The translations under genes were made by a program, and so were the position numbers. 64,000 nt of DNA, from the IMG/VR virus record IMGVR_UViG_3300046810_000256, positions 19,007-83,006 of that record, one strand, 5' to 3'. Source of the DNA: a virus. Positions 18,671 through 27,918 of this stretch are shown here, piece by piece (position 1 is the stretch's first letter; every line of letters starts with the position of its first letter). The notes below the pieces were generated by a model. It saw only the letters and a program-made list of their open reading frames with translations. It made no database searches and had not been told where the DNA came from.

Positions 18671-19486
18671 CTAGAAATTTCCGTACGTGCCGGGCCGGAA
18701 ATAGGTGTCGCGCGGAAAACCTAAACGTTCATCTTCTTCATCAGCGCTCAGCAGACATATGGCTTCAAGCTCTCGCTCCACTCGTGGGTTCTTTGCTGCG
18801 AGCTCTACAAGGCCTTCGCTATCAACACTCATGTTCAGTGTTGAAACCTGAGACAGCCCTTCCATAGACGGACATTTGATGTCTTTGGTGATAATCCCCT
18901 GCTTGTATCGGTCGATGTATGGTGCGTAGCAGTCCCGATACGTCGCACGCAACAACTCACAGGCGGGACGTGTCTGAAGACAGATTTTACTAAAAAGCAT
19001 GCTTGAGCCCATTTTCCGGAACTCACGCGGCAAAGCGCAGTTAAACGAATGATCTAGGATCATGATCCGAGGGGAGCCCAGCTCGCTGGCGTACGCTTCA
19101 AGGCGCTGCGCGTACTCTCTTTCCTTTCCATGATCGGTGCTGCCGTGAAGTGTGCGCTCACTCAACAGAATTGCCCGACGCCGCCCGCCAGCTTGCCGAG
19201 AGGCGGCGACGATGAAGTGATAGGTGTGGAATCGGTAGTTGTCGCAAACAACCGCCAGAAAGTGTTCAAACGCCTCGCCGTGCTTAATCGGGCCATCACC
19301 AGCCAGCGCATTCTCAACCAACTGAGGGATTTCACTTGCCTTGAGTGAGGCACCGGGATGGCGGATTTTAGTGTTGCCAGAATTCCAAATCTTCACCGTG
19401 GATACGGAATAAGCTGCTTTGCTCAGCTGCCCCATCCGCGCACGGTATTCAAGATTCTCATCGTGACGACTGCGCTTGATAGTCAT
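18671..19486 (-). CDS. Hypothetical protein (lower-GC accessory gene)
   Basis: 271 aa ORF coupled to LytTR gene. Confidence 0.7.
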   Translation of the reverse strand: MTIKRSRHDENLEYRARMGQLSKAAYSVSTVKIWNSGNTKIRHPGASLKASEIPQLVENALAGDGPIKHGEAFEHFLAVVCDNYRFHTYHFIVAASRQAGGRRRAILLSERTLHGSTDHGKEREYAQRLEAYASELGSPRIMILDHSFNCALPREFRKMGSSMLFSKICLQTRPACELLRATYRDCYAPYIDRYKQGIITKDIKCPSMEGLSQVSTLNMSVDSEGLVELAAKNPRVERELEAICLLSADEEDERLGFPRDTYFRPGTYGNF

Positions 19487-19881
19487 GCTGCCACCGCAGA
19501 CGGCAGTTCTTGCTGGCCGAGGTAGGCGGCATAGCGCGGGTAGATGTCGATTTTCCCTCGGCGGGAGACGGAGAACTCGCGCCCGCCTACCAGACAGAAG
19601 TGGTCACGGGTGAAGGACGATTGATTCTTGCGCCGCTCATTACGGGATGTCAGCCCCTCAACCGCTTCAACCCGCACCAGGCTGGCGCGATGGATACGCA
19701 CAAGGCCCGAATCACCGGCCTCGATATCTTTGAGCGTGTGCTTTCCGGTCAGCAGCCACTCAACGCCGTCGGCATCCAGCGCCGACACAAACTTCTGATC
19801 AGCCCAAAACGCAACGAACACAGATGAGTCGACTTTCTCAGGGCGGCGGTGCCAGTTCTTTCTGTAGCGGCGCAGTTGCAT
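19483..19881 (-). CDS. Stand-alone LytTR DNA-binding domain protein
   Basis: TLKDIE...LVRIHRASLVRVEAV...FSVSRR. Confidence 0.85.
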   Translation of the reverse strand: MQLRRYRKNWHRRPEKVDSSVFVAFWADQKFVSALDADGVEWLLTGKHTLKDIEAGDSGLVRIHRASLVRVEAVEGLTSRNERRKNQSSFTRDHFCLVGGREFSVSRRGKIDIYPRYAAYLGQQELPSAVAA

Positions 19882-19896
19882 AGCATTACCTCAATC

Positions 19897-19907
19897 TATC
19901 CCCGGAC
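19897..19907. promoter_or_regulatory. Operator-like TATCCCCGGAC
   Basis: Perfect copy just upstream of LytTR start, abutting TAGATT on minus strand. Confidence 0.55.
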
Positions 19908-20005
19908 AATAAAAGGCGCTTTTGTGCGCATAAATGGCCGAAAACACGGGGTTTGTTCTCTGCTTTCCGCAGAATATACAACAACAAACAATAAAATGTA
20001 TGTTT

Positions 20006-21556
20006 TTAAGCGACGTCGGCGAGAAGGTCAGCTGCTTTGCTTAGAGTCGCCTGGGCCCGCGAAGACTGAGCCGCCTCGGTTTCTTCACTGCACGCGATGT
20101 AGTTGACGTCCTCAAGGAAGACCATGCAGATGGTGTCAAACAAGTCCGGGGATGACAGGCCATCGGCGGCCATGCTCTCTTTGCTGGCGATCTTGTAGCG
20201 CCCCAGCTCATCGAACGAATACGGCAGTCGTGAGCCTTGGTCGATCAGGTCGCGCTTGTGCTTCTTGCCCAGCTTGACCACGCCGTCTTTGATTGCCTCG
20301 GTGGCATGCACGGTGCATTGCGCGCGCTGGTTGATGAATCGCTTGCGGTTCTCGTTGGAATGCGGCTTGGCGCCCCACAGAACGCCCTGAATGATCATGC
20401 TGCCCTCTTGCAGCTCTTCCAGTCGGCGCTGGAACTGCTTACCCATGGCCGAGACGTCGATAACGATGGTGACGTTTGGCAGGCGCATGGCGTAATCGCG
20501 CAGCTTGACCGCCAGCGGCGTCCAGTCCTCAGTTGCGCTGTAGATCGGCACGTCGACCACCTCCACCCGGCGGCGGCGCTCGTTCGCCATCCGGTCGCCC
20601 TTGCCGGTGACGCGGAAGTGGGTGGCCACGGTCTTGTCTCGCCCAACGCCAGCCGCGACGTCGACAACGATAATGTGGCCCCACTCTTCGCCTGGCAGGA
20701 TCGGGCTCGCCTGCTCTATCGCCCGTTCGATCAGCACCGAACTCAGCAGGTATTTGCTGAGGTTGGTCGGGAACATGCCCCGCACCTTGATCTGATATTC
20801 CGGCTCCATCGTGCCGCCGTACTGGAGCCGCTTTTCCTTGATGAACTTGAGGCTGACAATCGGGCTTTCTTCGGAGTTGAATACCAGCGGTACCCAGCCA
20901 CCGCCGCGGTAGATGGACTGGCCGTGGTGCGTCTCCCAAAAGAAACCGGTAGAGCGCGTCGGCTGGCTGGCCATGATGAAGCGGTTGCGCTCGTCGGTCA
21001 GTGCGCCACCGATTACGCCAAAGTTCTCGTCTGGAATGCCGGACGCTTCGTCCGCCAGCCATAGCAGGTACTCGCCGTGGGTACCGGCCAAGTTCTCAGG
21101 CGAGCCGCGTGGAGCGGTACGGGTGGTGACGTACCATGTGGCGCTGTTACCGACCACATAGACTTTCTCAGCTTGGATAACCACGTAGTCAGCGATCCAC
21201 GCATGCGGCCCTTTGCGGATCTCCGCCAGCATGGTGGTGATTTCCTTCCACACACCCTCTCGCACCGTCTTGAGCTTCGGCGCGGTTACATAGGTGTTGG
21301 AATTGAGATAGCACAGCAGGTGCCAGAGGCAGATGACCCCGAAGCTGCGGGTTTTACCAGTACCGTGGCCAGACGATACCGACACCCGACAGCCGTAGAC
21401 TGAGGATTCATCAAAGAGCTCTTGTTGTTGCGGTGTGACATCCATCAAACACGCTTCAACCGCAAAGGCGTACAGGTTGAAGGCGTAGCGTTCGATGAAA
21501 GCGGGCCACCTCGGGTCTGTTTCTAAGCGCAGACGCTGGGCTTTCGGCTTGGCCAT
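20006..21556 (-). CDS. pacB: Terminase large subunit
   Basis: Walker A SGHGTGKT, Walker B WLADEAS, RNase H-like nuclease VVDVAAG...VID...SPDLFD. Confidence 0.95.
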   Translation of the reverse strand: MAKPKAQRLRLETDPRWPAFIERYAFNLYAFAVEACLMDVTPQQQELFDESSVYGCRVSVSSGHGTGKTRSFGVICLWHLLCYLNSNTYVTAPKLKTVREGVWKEITTMLAEIRKGPHAWIADYVVIQAEKVYVVGNSATWYVTTRTAPRGSPENLAGTHGEYLLWLADEASGIPDENFGVIGGALTDERNRFIMASQPTRSTGFFWETHHGQSIYRGGGWVPLVFNSEESPIVSLKFIKEKRLQYGGTMEPEYQIKVRGMFPTNLSKYLLSSVLIERAIEQASPILPGEEWGHIIVVDVAAGVGRDKTVATHFRVTGKGDRMANERRRRVEVVDVPIYSATEDWTPLAVKLRDYAMRLPNVTIVIDVSAMGKQFQRRLEELQEGSMIIQGVLWGAKPHSNENRKRFINQRAQCTVHATEAIKDGVVKLGKKHKRDLIDQGSRLPYSFDELGRYKIASKESMAADGLSSPDLFDTICMVFLEDVNYIACSEETEAAQSSRAQATLSKAADLLADVA

Positions 21557-21607
21557 ATGATCCTTAAACACAAAGGGGCCAGTTCCCCGGCCCCTGTCAC
21601 TCTACGT

Positions 21608-22327
21608 CTACGCCGTTCGCACTTTCAGAGACGGTTTGCGGTCTTGCGTGGCGTTCAGAACGAACGCTTTCCAGCTGCTGCCAGACGCCCAGCAGCTCAA
21701 CGTGGTTTGTGTCGCCCGGAAAAATCCTTTGCGTCGACCTTGGCCAGAGTGCAACACCATGCCGCCACCGCTGCGGGCAAGCCCTTCACGCGCCACCTGA
21801 AAGCTCACCTCCGGCATGGTGCTGGCGTCCTCCATCAACCACATGGGATCGCGCCCACCGAAACCGGCCATGTGTTCCGGGGAATGCGCGCTGGCGGCCA
21901 GAAAGAGCACGCCACAGCCTGAATACTCTGCCTGCTGGCGAAGTCTGATGCTTCTGATGGTGATTCGCAGGTAACCGACCAACCATGCGTGCTCGCCCTC
22001 AATACGCTTGACCAACTTGCTGTATTGCTCACAGCAGCGAAGCATGTCGCCGAAGGGCACGGCCACCATAGTCATCGACTCGGGGCGGCACAGCAGGCGC
22101 CAGAACGCGATAGGCGCCAGCGGGCTGATCATTCCCCGCTCCATCGGATTCATGTCTGACGCCATCGACACCTGGCAGTCAGGCAGCTGCACACTTTCGA
22201 AGGCTCGCGCCAGTTGATCGTCCACTACCATCCCGCACACCTCACGCGCGAACGCGGCCAGGTCGTTGGCGTAGCGCCGGACGAAAGCGGGCCAGCGCTC
22301 GTCATCTTGAATCAGGCTCGTGCTCAT
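21608..22327 (-). CDS. Degenerate paralog of terminase ATPase domain
   Basis: Colinear with PacB N-terminal ~240 aa (DERWPAFVRRYA vs DPRWPAFIERYA; SPEHMAG vs SPENLAG; RRKGFF vs RSTGFF); Walker A lost. Confidence 0.85.
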   Translation of the reverse strand: MSTSLIQDDERWPAFVRRYANDLAAFAREVCGMVVDDQLARAFESVQLPDCQVSMASDMNPMERGMISPLAPIAFWRLLCRPESMTMVAVPFGDMLRCCEQYSKLVKRIEGEHAWLVGYLRITIRSIRLRQQAEYSGCGVLFLAASAHSPEHMAGFGGRDPMWLMEDASTMPEVSFQVAREGLARSGGGMVLHSGQGRRKGFFRATQTTLSCWASGSSWKAFVLNATQDRKPSLKVRTA

Positions 22328-22923
22328 GCTGCGGCCTCGCTGGCCAGCTGCGCCAACTCGCGCTCGTGTTCGGCGATCAGCAGCGCGCCAGCCTTCTCGA
22401 TGGCGCGAAGTCGTGACTCTTGTTTCATGGGGGCGTGAGGCCATGGCCAGACGGTTGGCGCGAAGTCCGGCACCAGCAGCTGAAGCAAGTAACCCGCCGC
22501 CGCGCGCAGCAGCTCGTCATCGCGATAGCGCAGGTCGCGTTCCGGGTGATACCCCTTCACCAGCAGCTGGCGCTGGCGCTCGCTCAGAATGGCGTTCTCG
22601 CTCGGGCCGGTGATTGGCATGGATGACCACAGCGCCAGCGGCTGCTCCCATCCATTGGCGGCCTTCTGCGCCCATTCAGTTGTGGTCATGCGCGCATATG
22701 GCCGCGTCACGGAAATACCCTGATCACGCCCACGGCGCACCAGAAGCCACGCTTTTGGCTGCTGAGTGGCGTGGCGAGACTGCGCCAGCGATTCCCACAC
22801 CAGAAACGTCTTCTGTGTGTGGGCGTTCACGTACTCGCCCGTCTCGGTGTTGAATGCCAGGTCACTGATACCCGCATGCCGACACGAGCGCTCAAAATGT
22901 TCGCGACTGAAAAAGAGGGTCAT
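22324..22923 (-). CDS. Conserved phage hypothetical protein
   Basis: ERQRQ..KGY..ERD...WPW...KAGALLIAE pattern seen in many phage proteins. Confidence 0.7.
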   Translation of the reverse strand: MTLFFSREHFERSCRHAGISDLAFNTETGEYVNAHTQKTFLVWESLAQSRHATQQPKAWLLVRRGRDQGISVTRPYARMTTTEWAQKAANGWEQPLALWSSMPITGPSENAILSERQRQLLVKGYHPERDLRYRDDELLRAAAGYLLQLLVPDFAPTVWPWPHAPMKQESRLRAIEKAGALLIAEHERELAQLASEAAA

Positions 22924-23180
22924 GGTGTTGTTCCCGCCGCTGCTGGCTTGAATTGAAAGAGTTCGACAGGCGCCGCCGGTAAGTCGAATACGGCGGCGAG
23001 CCATGGGTGGATAGCATCCGGATCGCTGGCGCCGTCGAAGCGCCAGCGTTCTGCCGGGAAGTGTTCGCGCAGTGCGTGCTCGATCTCGCCCGCGCCATTG
23101 CGCAACCACAACTCATTCCCGCACTCACGCTCAACTGACAGCGTTTCGCCGGTCACAAGGTTCGTCACGGTCTGGCTCAC
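22920..23180 (-). CDS. Hypothetical protein
   Basis: Overlap coupling on both sides. Confidence 0.65.
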   Translation of the reverse strand: MSQTVTNLVTGETLSVERECGNELWLRNGAGEIEHALREHFPAERWRFDGASDPDAIHPWLAAVFDLPAAPVELFQFKPAAAGTTP

Positions 23181-23668
23181 TTCATTTCCCCGGTCTTGCG
23201 GTTGATCTCGGTTGGCTTGGTGAAAGCGCGGGAGAATCGGAATTCAGCAATGACCTGATTGAAACTGTGTTCTACCCGGTCGAAATACTGATTCCCTTCG
23301 GCCATCAACGCCTGCGCCAGCCACGCGGCGGGGACGCTGCGCCCCTCTTCCACGTAGGTGGCCAGGCTCCGCACCAGCCGCTGCTCGGCGTAGGTACCGC
23401 TGAAGCCCGGCAGCAAGCGGCCCTTGCCGCGAACCGTCGTCGCCAGATCCACCGGGCGAGCGTCCGCGGTCGGCAGCACCAGATAGAACCCGCCGAGGCG
23501 CTTGGGCTCCAGGCGTGCAACACGGTCTTTTCTGCCAAAGATGCGCAACCCCGCCAGCGCCAGCGAATTGAAAATCAGGTTCGCGGTGTCCAGTCGGTGC
23601 TGCTGGCGCTCAGTCAGCGCGATTGCCGCGGGCGGTGTCAGTTGCACGGGTGCTGCTTGCATATCCAT
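23177..23668 (-). CDS. Hypothetical protein
   Basis: 163 aa ORF in operon. Confidence 0.65.
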   Translation of the reverse strand: MDMQAAPVQLTPPAAIALTERQQHRLDTANLIFNSLALAGLRIFGRKDRVARLEPKRLGGFYLVLPTADARPVDLATTVRGKGRLLPGFSGTYAEQRLVRSLATYVEEGRSVPAAWLAQALMAEGNQYFDRVEHSFNQVIAEFRFSRAFTKPTEINRKTGEMK

Positions 23669-23671
23669 CCC

Positions 23672-23842
23672 CTAAATCTTGAGCCGCATCTGTGCGCGGT
23701 CACATTCGTTTTCACCGTGCGGGAGCTTGTGGGCCAAGGCTTCACAGTTCCTGCGCCCACAATCACGGCAGTAGGTGTAGGCGGGGGCGCTTCGTGGCCT
23801 CCGCCAGATGACGCGATTGCTTTCGCAAAAACGGCAGTTCAT
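23672..23842 (-). CDS. Small Zn-ribbon protein (56 aa, below ORF-track cutoff)
   Basis: MNCRFCESNRVIW...YTYCRDCGRRNCE...; fills the operon gap. Confidence 0.55.
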   Translation of the reverse strand: MNCRFCESNRVIWRRPRSAPAYTYCRDCGRRNCEALAHKLPHGENECDRAQMRLKI

Positions 23843-23868
23843 CAGTCCTGTCCCGGTCTATCCCCGGA

Positions 23869-25155
23869 CTAGGCGGGACGCGCTTCGATCATCGCCTGCG
23901 CGTACACCCATCGGCGATTAGCAAAGGCGGCCATGCTTTCGTCTGATTTTTGCTTCAGCGGGCAGTTGATGGCGAAGTCATCGCGCAGCTCTGTCAGGTA
24001 CAGACCCAGCTTCTTCTCTGGCGCTTTCGGCGCGGTGGCCGGGTCGGCGTAGGCTGGCACGGGTTTTTCGACCGCCAGCGGCAGTTCAACGCTGTGATAC
24101 GCCATGCAGAAGGCATCAAACAGGTCGGCGGCTGGGAGTTGGGCGGCTGCGATGTGCGAAGGCTTGGCCACGAGATAGCGATTCTCGGCGCTCAACTCAT
24201 AAGGGATCTTTGAGCCCAACAGCACCAGCGGATCACTCAAGCCGCAATCGGATGGCAGCAGCAGCTTCAGGTTTTTATTCCGAATCGCCTCGGCAGTCAG
24301 AACACTGCATTCAGTGCGGCGGTTCACGAAACGCTTGCCGTTGCCACCTTTTGGCAGCGCTTGACCCATCGTCATTCCGTAACACCTGACATGGGGACTC
24401 ACAACGTCTTGAAGGTACTTGAGCAACTGCACGCCATCGCCGAAGGCATCCACGAGAATCGTCGTAGGGGCTGATAGCGCATTGACGTGCCGCAGCAACG
24501 CATCGCCGTAGGACTTCAGATCACCGCCGTCTGTGAGGATTGGATAGCTGGCCACCTCGACCAGTCGGCGGGCGTCAGGGCTGTCATACACGCGCATGTG
24601 GGCGGCAACAGTCATTCCTCCACGACCAGCACCGCCGAGACGGACACCGATTACATGCTTCGCCTCGACACCCTCGGGAATCGGGCTTTCGATGGTCAGC
24701 GCCAGGGCGATATCGGCGTCACTGAGCAGGTAGCCGCGACGATCCTGATTCTGCGCCCGAAGAATCGCGGGGACTTCGTTGTTCGAAGCCATCAATGCAG
24801 GCTGTACCTTGCCTTTGACCACCACTTGCAGCTGGCCAGATGAATTAGGACGAACGATGTCTTTGATGGCCGTCGCCACCGGGGAGGCCAGGTAACTGGT
24901 CAGCAGCGGGCGCAGGCGGTAGTGGGTTTGTGCGAATCGCTGTTTACGGCCAAAGCCTTCCTGAACCGACACGGGCTTACAGTTCGGAACATCTACCCAG
25001 TAATGCACACCACGGGCGGCATTAGCGCGATCCGGCGCCGATACCTTGTAACCTTGGGTGATGAGCCATTGCTTGAAGGACGTCACGTTGCACGCCAACA
25101 GCAGATCGGTGTCGTGCGATTGTCCTTTCGGTTTTACTGCGGGGTTCGACATCAT
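23869..25155 (-). CDS. Protein containing a degenerate paralog of terminase nuclease domain
   Basis: About residues 140-357 colinear with PacB C-terminus (KRFVNRRTEC vs KRFINQRAQC; GSKIPY vs GSRLPY; ADLFDAFCM vs PDLFDTICM). Confidence 0.85.
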   Translation of the reverse strand: MMSNPAVKPKGQSHDTDLLLACNVTSFKQWLITQGYKVSAPDRANAARGVHYWVDVPNCKPVSVQEGFGRKQRFAQTHYRLRPLLTSYLASPVATAIKDIVRPNSSGQLQVVVKGKVQPALMASNNEVPAILRAQNQDRRGYLLSDADIALALTIESPIPEGVEAKHVIGVRLGGAGRGGMTVAAHMRVYDSPDARRLVEVASYPILTDGGDLKSYGDALLRHVNALSAPTTILVDAFGDGVQLLKYLQDVVSPHVRCYGMTMGQALPKGGNGKRFVNRRTECSVLTAEAIRNKNLKLLLPSDCGLSDPLVLLGSKIPYELSAENRYLVAKPSHIAAAQLPAADLFDAFCMAYHSVELPLAVEKPVPAYADPATAPKAPEKKLGLYLTELRDDFAINCPLKQKSDESMAAFANRRWVYAQAMIEARPA

Positions 25156-25442
25156 TCAGCTCCTAGCGGGTTGGCCGTGAACGGCCTCAGATTTTTTGTG
25201 TTCCCGCGGCGGATGGCCGAGGGACGTTTTTCAACAACAGGCTTGATCCACAGCTGCCCTGTTTTGAACAGGAACAGCTCCCACAGCCCAAGCTTGATTT
25301 TGGTGTCACCCTTCTCGTACAGACGCCACGATTCGCGGCTCACGTAGATCAGCTCCCCCGCAGCGGTTTCGCTCAGGCTCGCGTTCTTGCGGGCTTGCCG
25401 GATGTTTTTTGGGGTCGGTTCGCGGTCGGCGGGGAGCGTCAT
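25152..25442 (-). CDS. XRE-family HTH protein
   Basis: IRQARKNASLSETAAGELIYVSRESWRLYEKG. Confidence 0.85.
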   Translation of the reverse strand: MTLPADREPTPKNIRQARKNASLSETAAGELIYVSRESWRLYEKGDTKIKLGLWELFLFKTGQLWIKPVVEKRPSAIRRGNTKNLRPFTANPLGAE

Positions 25443-26566
25443 GCGTCACCGCCGTTATCATCCAGCCCGGCGATATCGGCCATACGCTGGGCCATCGCGT
25501 CTCTCTGCGCTTGTGTGGCCTGCATGCCTTTCGCGTAGGCGTCATTCAGCGCAACCGTATCTACAACGGCCACAGGCGCCTGCGCCGGTTCGATATTCAT
25601 GTTGAAGATGCGGCCCAGCATTTCGAGGTAAGGGCGGGCGTCGTGGATCTTCATTTCCAGCCCATCTTTGGTTTCCTTCACGCCGCCGTACAGAGCCAGC
25701 GCGCCAGGCGAAAGGTGCCGGGTGTCTTTGAGCACGAGCTGGCCAATGCCATTGCCATTGCACTCAGGGCATTCCGGGTTAGGGTCGAGGTTGGCGTCGA
25801 AGCCCAGGCCGCCCAGCTCGTCGAGCACCGGTAACGGCTTGCGCTTCGCGGCCTTGGCTTCGGCCAGCGCCTCAGCATGGCGCGCCTTGCGCTCTTCCAG
25901 CTGACGCGGGGTCATCTGGTACCGGAAATCTTTGCCGTGGCAGCACCGGCAGCAGCGGTAAACGTATTCGACCAACTCCCGAGGGTCTGCCATCGCCGCG
26001 CCGTAGATGCGCTGAATGACTCGCCCGGTGATTTCCTCAGTCTTGGCAAACAGCTCCGCACGCTTGGCCAGCGTGTATGGGTGTTCCTTAACCTTCTTTA
26101 ACAGGCGACTGGCTGCTGCTGCCGCCACTGCATCGGATTTGCACTCGTAGCCTGCATCGAGATAGGACTGAGTGCCGTTTTGTGTGACCAGCCAAAGGTC
26201 GACAAACTTCGCCTGACGGGCGTCGAGATCGTGCAGACTCCCGGCCTGCAAGGCTTCCAGCTCTTTCGGTTTCAGCTTGACCGCTTTCTTCACTCGGGTG
26301 CTGCCGCCTGTTCCGCGAGGCGTTTTTGCTTGCGCCGGAGCACCCGGTACCGCCGCAGCAGGTTTTGCAGCACGGGGCTTTCGGGCTAAAGTAGCAGGCT
26401 TTTTAGGTGTCTTTGGAGAGGTGGCTTTTTGAACGCGGCCAGCACTCACCTTAACTTCTGGCTTTTTAGGGGGTGCAAACACAGGTTTGCCAGCCTTGTC
26501 CGGGGATTGATTATCCTCGGCTGGCTTAGCGCGCTCTTCGATACCCTCGATCTTTTTCCGTGCCAC
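25439..26566 (-). CDS. pacA: Terminase small subunit with Cys-rich Zn insertion
   Basis: RQAKFVDLWL..NGTQSYLDAGY...AASRLLK HTH; CRCCHG and CPECNGNG; GVKETKDGLE. Confidence 0.85.
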   Translation of the reverse strand: MARKKIEGIEERAKPAEDNQSPDKAGKPVFAPPKKPEVKVSAGRVQKATSPKTPKKPATLARKPRAAKPAAAVPGAPAQAKTPRGTGGSTRVKKAVKLKPKELEALQAGSLHDLDARQAKFVDLWLVTQNGTQSYLDAGYECKSDAVAAAAASRLLKKVKEHPYTLAKRAELFAKTEEITGRVIQRIYGAAMADPRELVEYVYRCCRCCHGKDFRYQMTPRQLEERKARHAEALAEAKAAKRKPLPVLDELGGLGFDANLDPNPECPECNGNGIGQLVLKDTRHLSPGALALYGGVKETKDGLEMKIHDARPYLEMLGRIFNMNIEPAQAPVAVVDTVALNDAYAKGMQATQAQRDAMAQRMADIAGLDDNGGDA

Positions 26567-26639
26567 TGGTCATCAACCTTAAATGCAAAGTCTTTTGGCT
26601 ATCGGCCACGTAAAAAACGCCAACTTTCTGCGCGTTCGG

Positions 26640-26915
26640 CGCAAAAAAACCCGCAACTGCGGGCCGGATCCTGAAAGGACTAGCCCGCCGAAACGGGCTC
26701 CCCAATACCGTACAGGGGCCGCCACGGCTGGCGCTGCAATGGTGTCGAGACCATTTCCCCAATTTTGACCGTTATCCAACTCCGAATGCCTGATGGTGGC
26801 TCCCTGTCAGAAGCCCCCAATAACGGCGGAACCGTGTGAACAGCCCCCTCCGCCCAGCACCTAGCGCACGACAGCCCGGCATGGCCACCCTATGCCGGGT
26901 GGCTGGCTTACAAGC
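26640..26915 (-). ncRNA. Candidate structured RNA ending in terminator
   Basis: Stacked hairpins (CCCG-TTTCGG-CGGG, TCC-TTTC-AGGA, ATGGT..ACCAT, CCGTTAT/ATAACGG, CCCGGCAT..ATGCCGGG), then CCCGCAGTTGCGGG-TTTTTTT. Confidence 0.4.
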
Positions 26916-26920
26916 CGGTG

Positions 26921-27670
26921 TTAAAACAGGGCGTGTTGTACCGCTTCTCTCACCTGCTGCACCGTGCAGACAGGATGCTCGAATTCAATCAGGGCAGATT
27001 CGCGATGTTTGCGCGAAATGTGGTCTTTCATCACCACCGAAAACTCAGAAATAAGGCGCTCAAGACCTGCTCCGCCACGCAACCCCTCAAAAACAGCGCC
27101 GTGATGCTTGCGGATGACCCCCAGCGAATCGCTCAGCTCAATGGAGAGGCCTGCCAACTTACCCAGCAGCACCCGATCCATGCTCGCGCCTTCGACGCTC
27201 ACGGCCATCACCTGGGCCAAGCCTTCCATATAACGCTGGTTGTATTTGGTGAGCACACCCGTGAGCACGCCGGTGATCAGCGCCTGATTACCCTCTTCAG
27301 GCGCAAGGCCGAGATCGTCAGTGCGGCCCAGCAGGTAGTCAGTGGTGACGCTGTAAAGGTCGGCCAGGATCTGAAGGTTCTTCAGACTTGGCGAGCGGTG
27401 ACCGTTTTCAAAGAGGCTGATCATGGTCAGATTGGAATGACCGAGGCGCATAGCTACTTCAAGATCCTTGAGGCCCGCGGCGCGGCGGGCTTTCACAAGG
27501 CGAGCCGCAACGACATCACGCAGCGCTTGCTCTTCTTCCTTGGAACGGCTGGCCGGGCTCATGCCCTCCCCGCATTCCTCAGAATCGAACATCAGCATGC
27601 TTTCAGGCGCCGCTGCTTGCGCACCTTCCACCGGCATTACCGCGTTTTCGTTATCACCGATATCAGACAC
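26921..27670 (-). CDS. XRE-family transcriptional regulator
   Basis: RLVKARRAAGL...ISLFENGHRSPSLKNLQILADLYSVTTDYLLGRTD plus extended C-terminal domain. Confidence 0.9.
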   Translation of the reverse strand: MSDIGDNENAVMPVEGAQAAAPESMLMFDSEECGEGMSPASRSKEEEQALRDVVAARLVKARRAAGLKDLEVAMRLGHSNLTMISLFENGHRSPSLKNLQILADLYSVTTDYLLGRTDDLGLAPEEGNQALITGVLTGVLTKYNQRYMEGLAQVMAVSVEGASMDRVLLGKLAGLSIELSDSLGVIRKHHGAVFEGLRGGAGLERLISEFSVVMKDHISRKHRESALIEFEHPVCTVQQVREAVQHALF

Positions 27671-27918
27671 TTTGACGTCACCCTTACGACCACTGCTGTC
27701 AGAGCGCCATTAGATTGTATCCCCGTACCATTCGCAACCCCGGAACGCCCAAAAAGTTCCCAGTCACCCACGCGAAAATTGCCAACTTCTGGATTATTGG
27801 CCTGAACTGTTTTGGGAATTAACCGCCTTTTTAACGATGTTTCCGCGTGGATCCAATCAAATAGCACCTAATGACCGTCTGTCAGCACATCGGCGCACAA
27901 TTCAGCATGTAACCGGTT

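Noticed and set aside
21608-25155. Terminase paralogs as pseudogenes or an assembly duplication
   Set aside because: ORFs are uninterrupted, operon-embedded and strongly diverged from pacB, inconsistent with a recent artefact
25439-26566. P1-style pac site (clustered TGATCA hexamers) in pacA
   Set aside because: No such cluster seen
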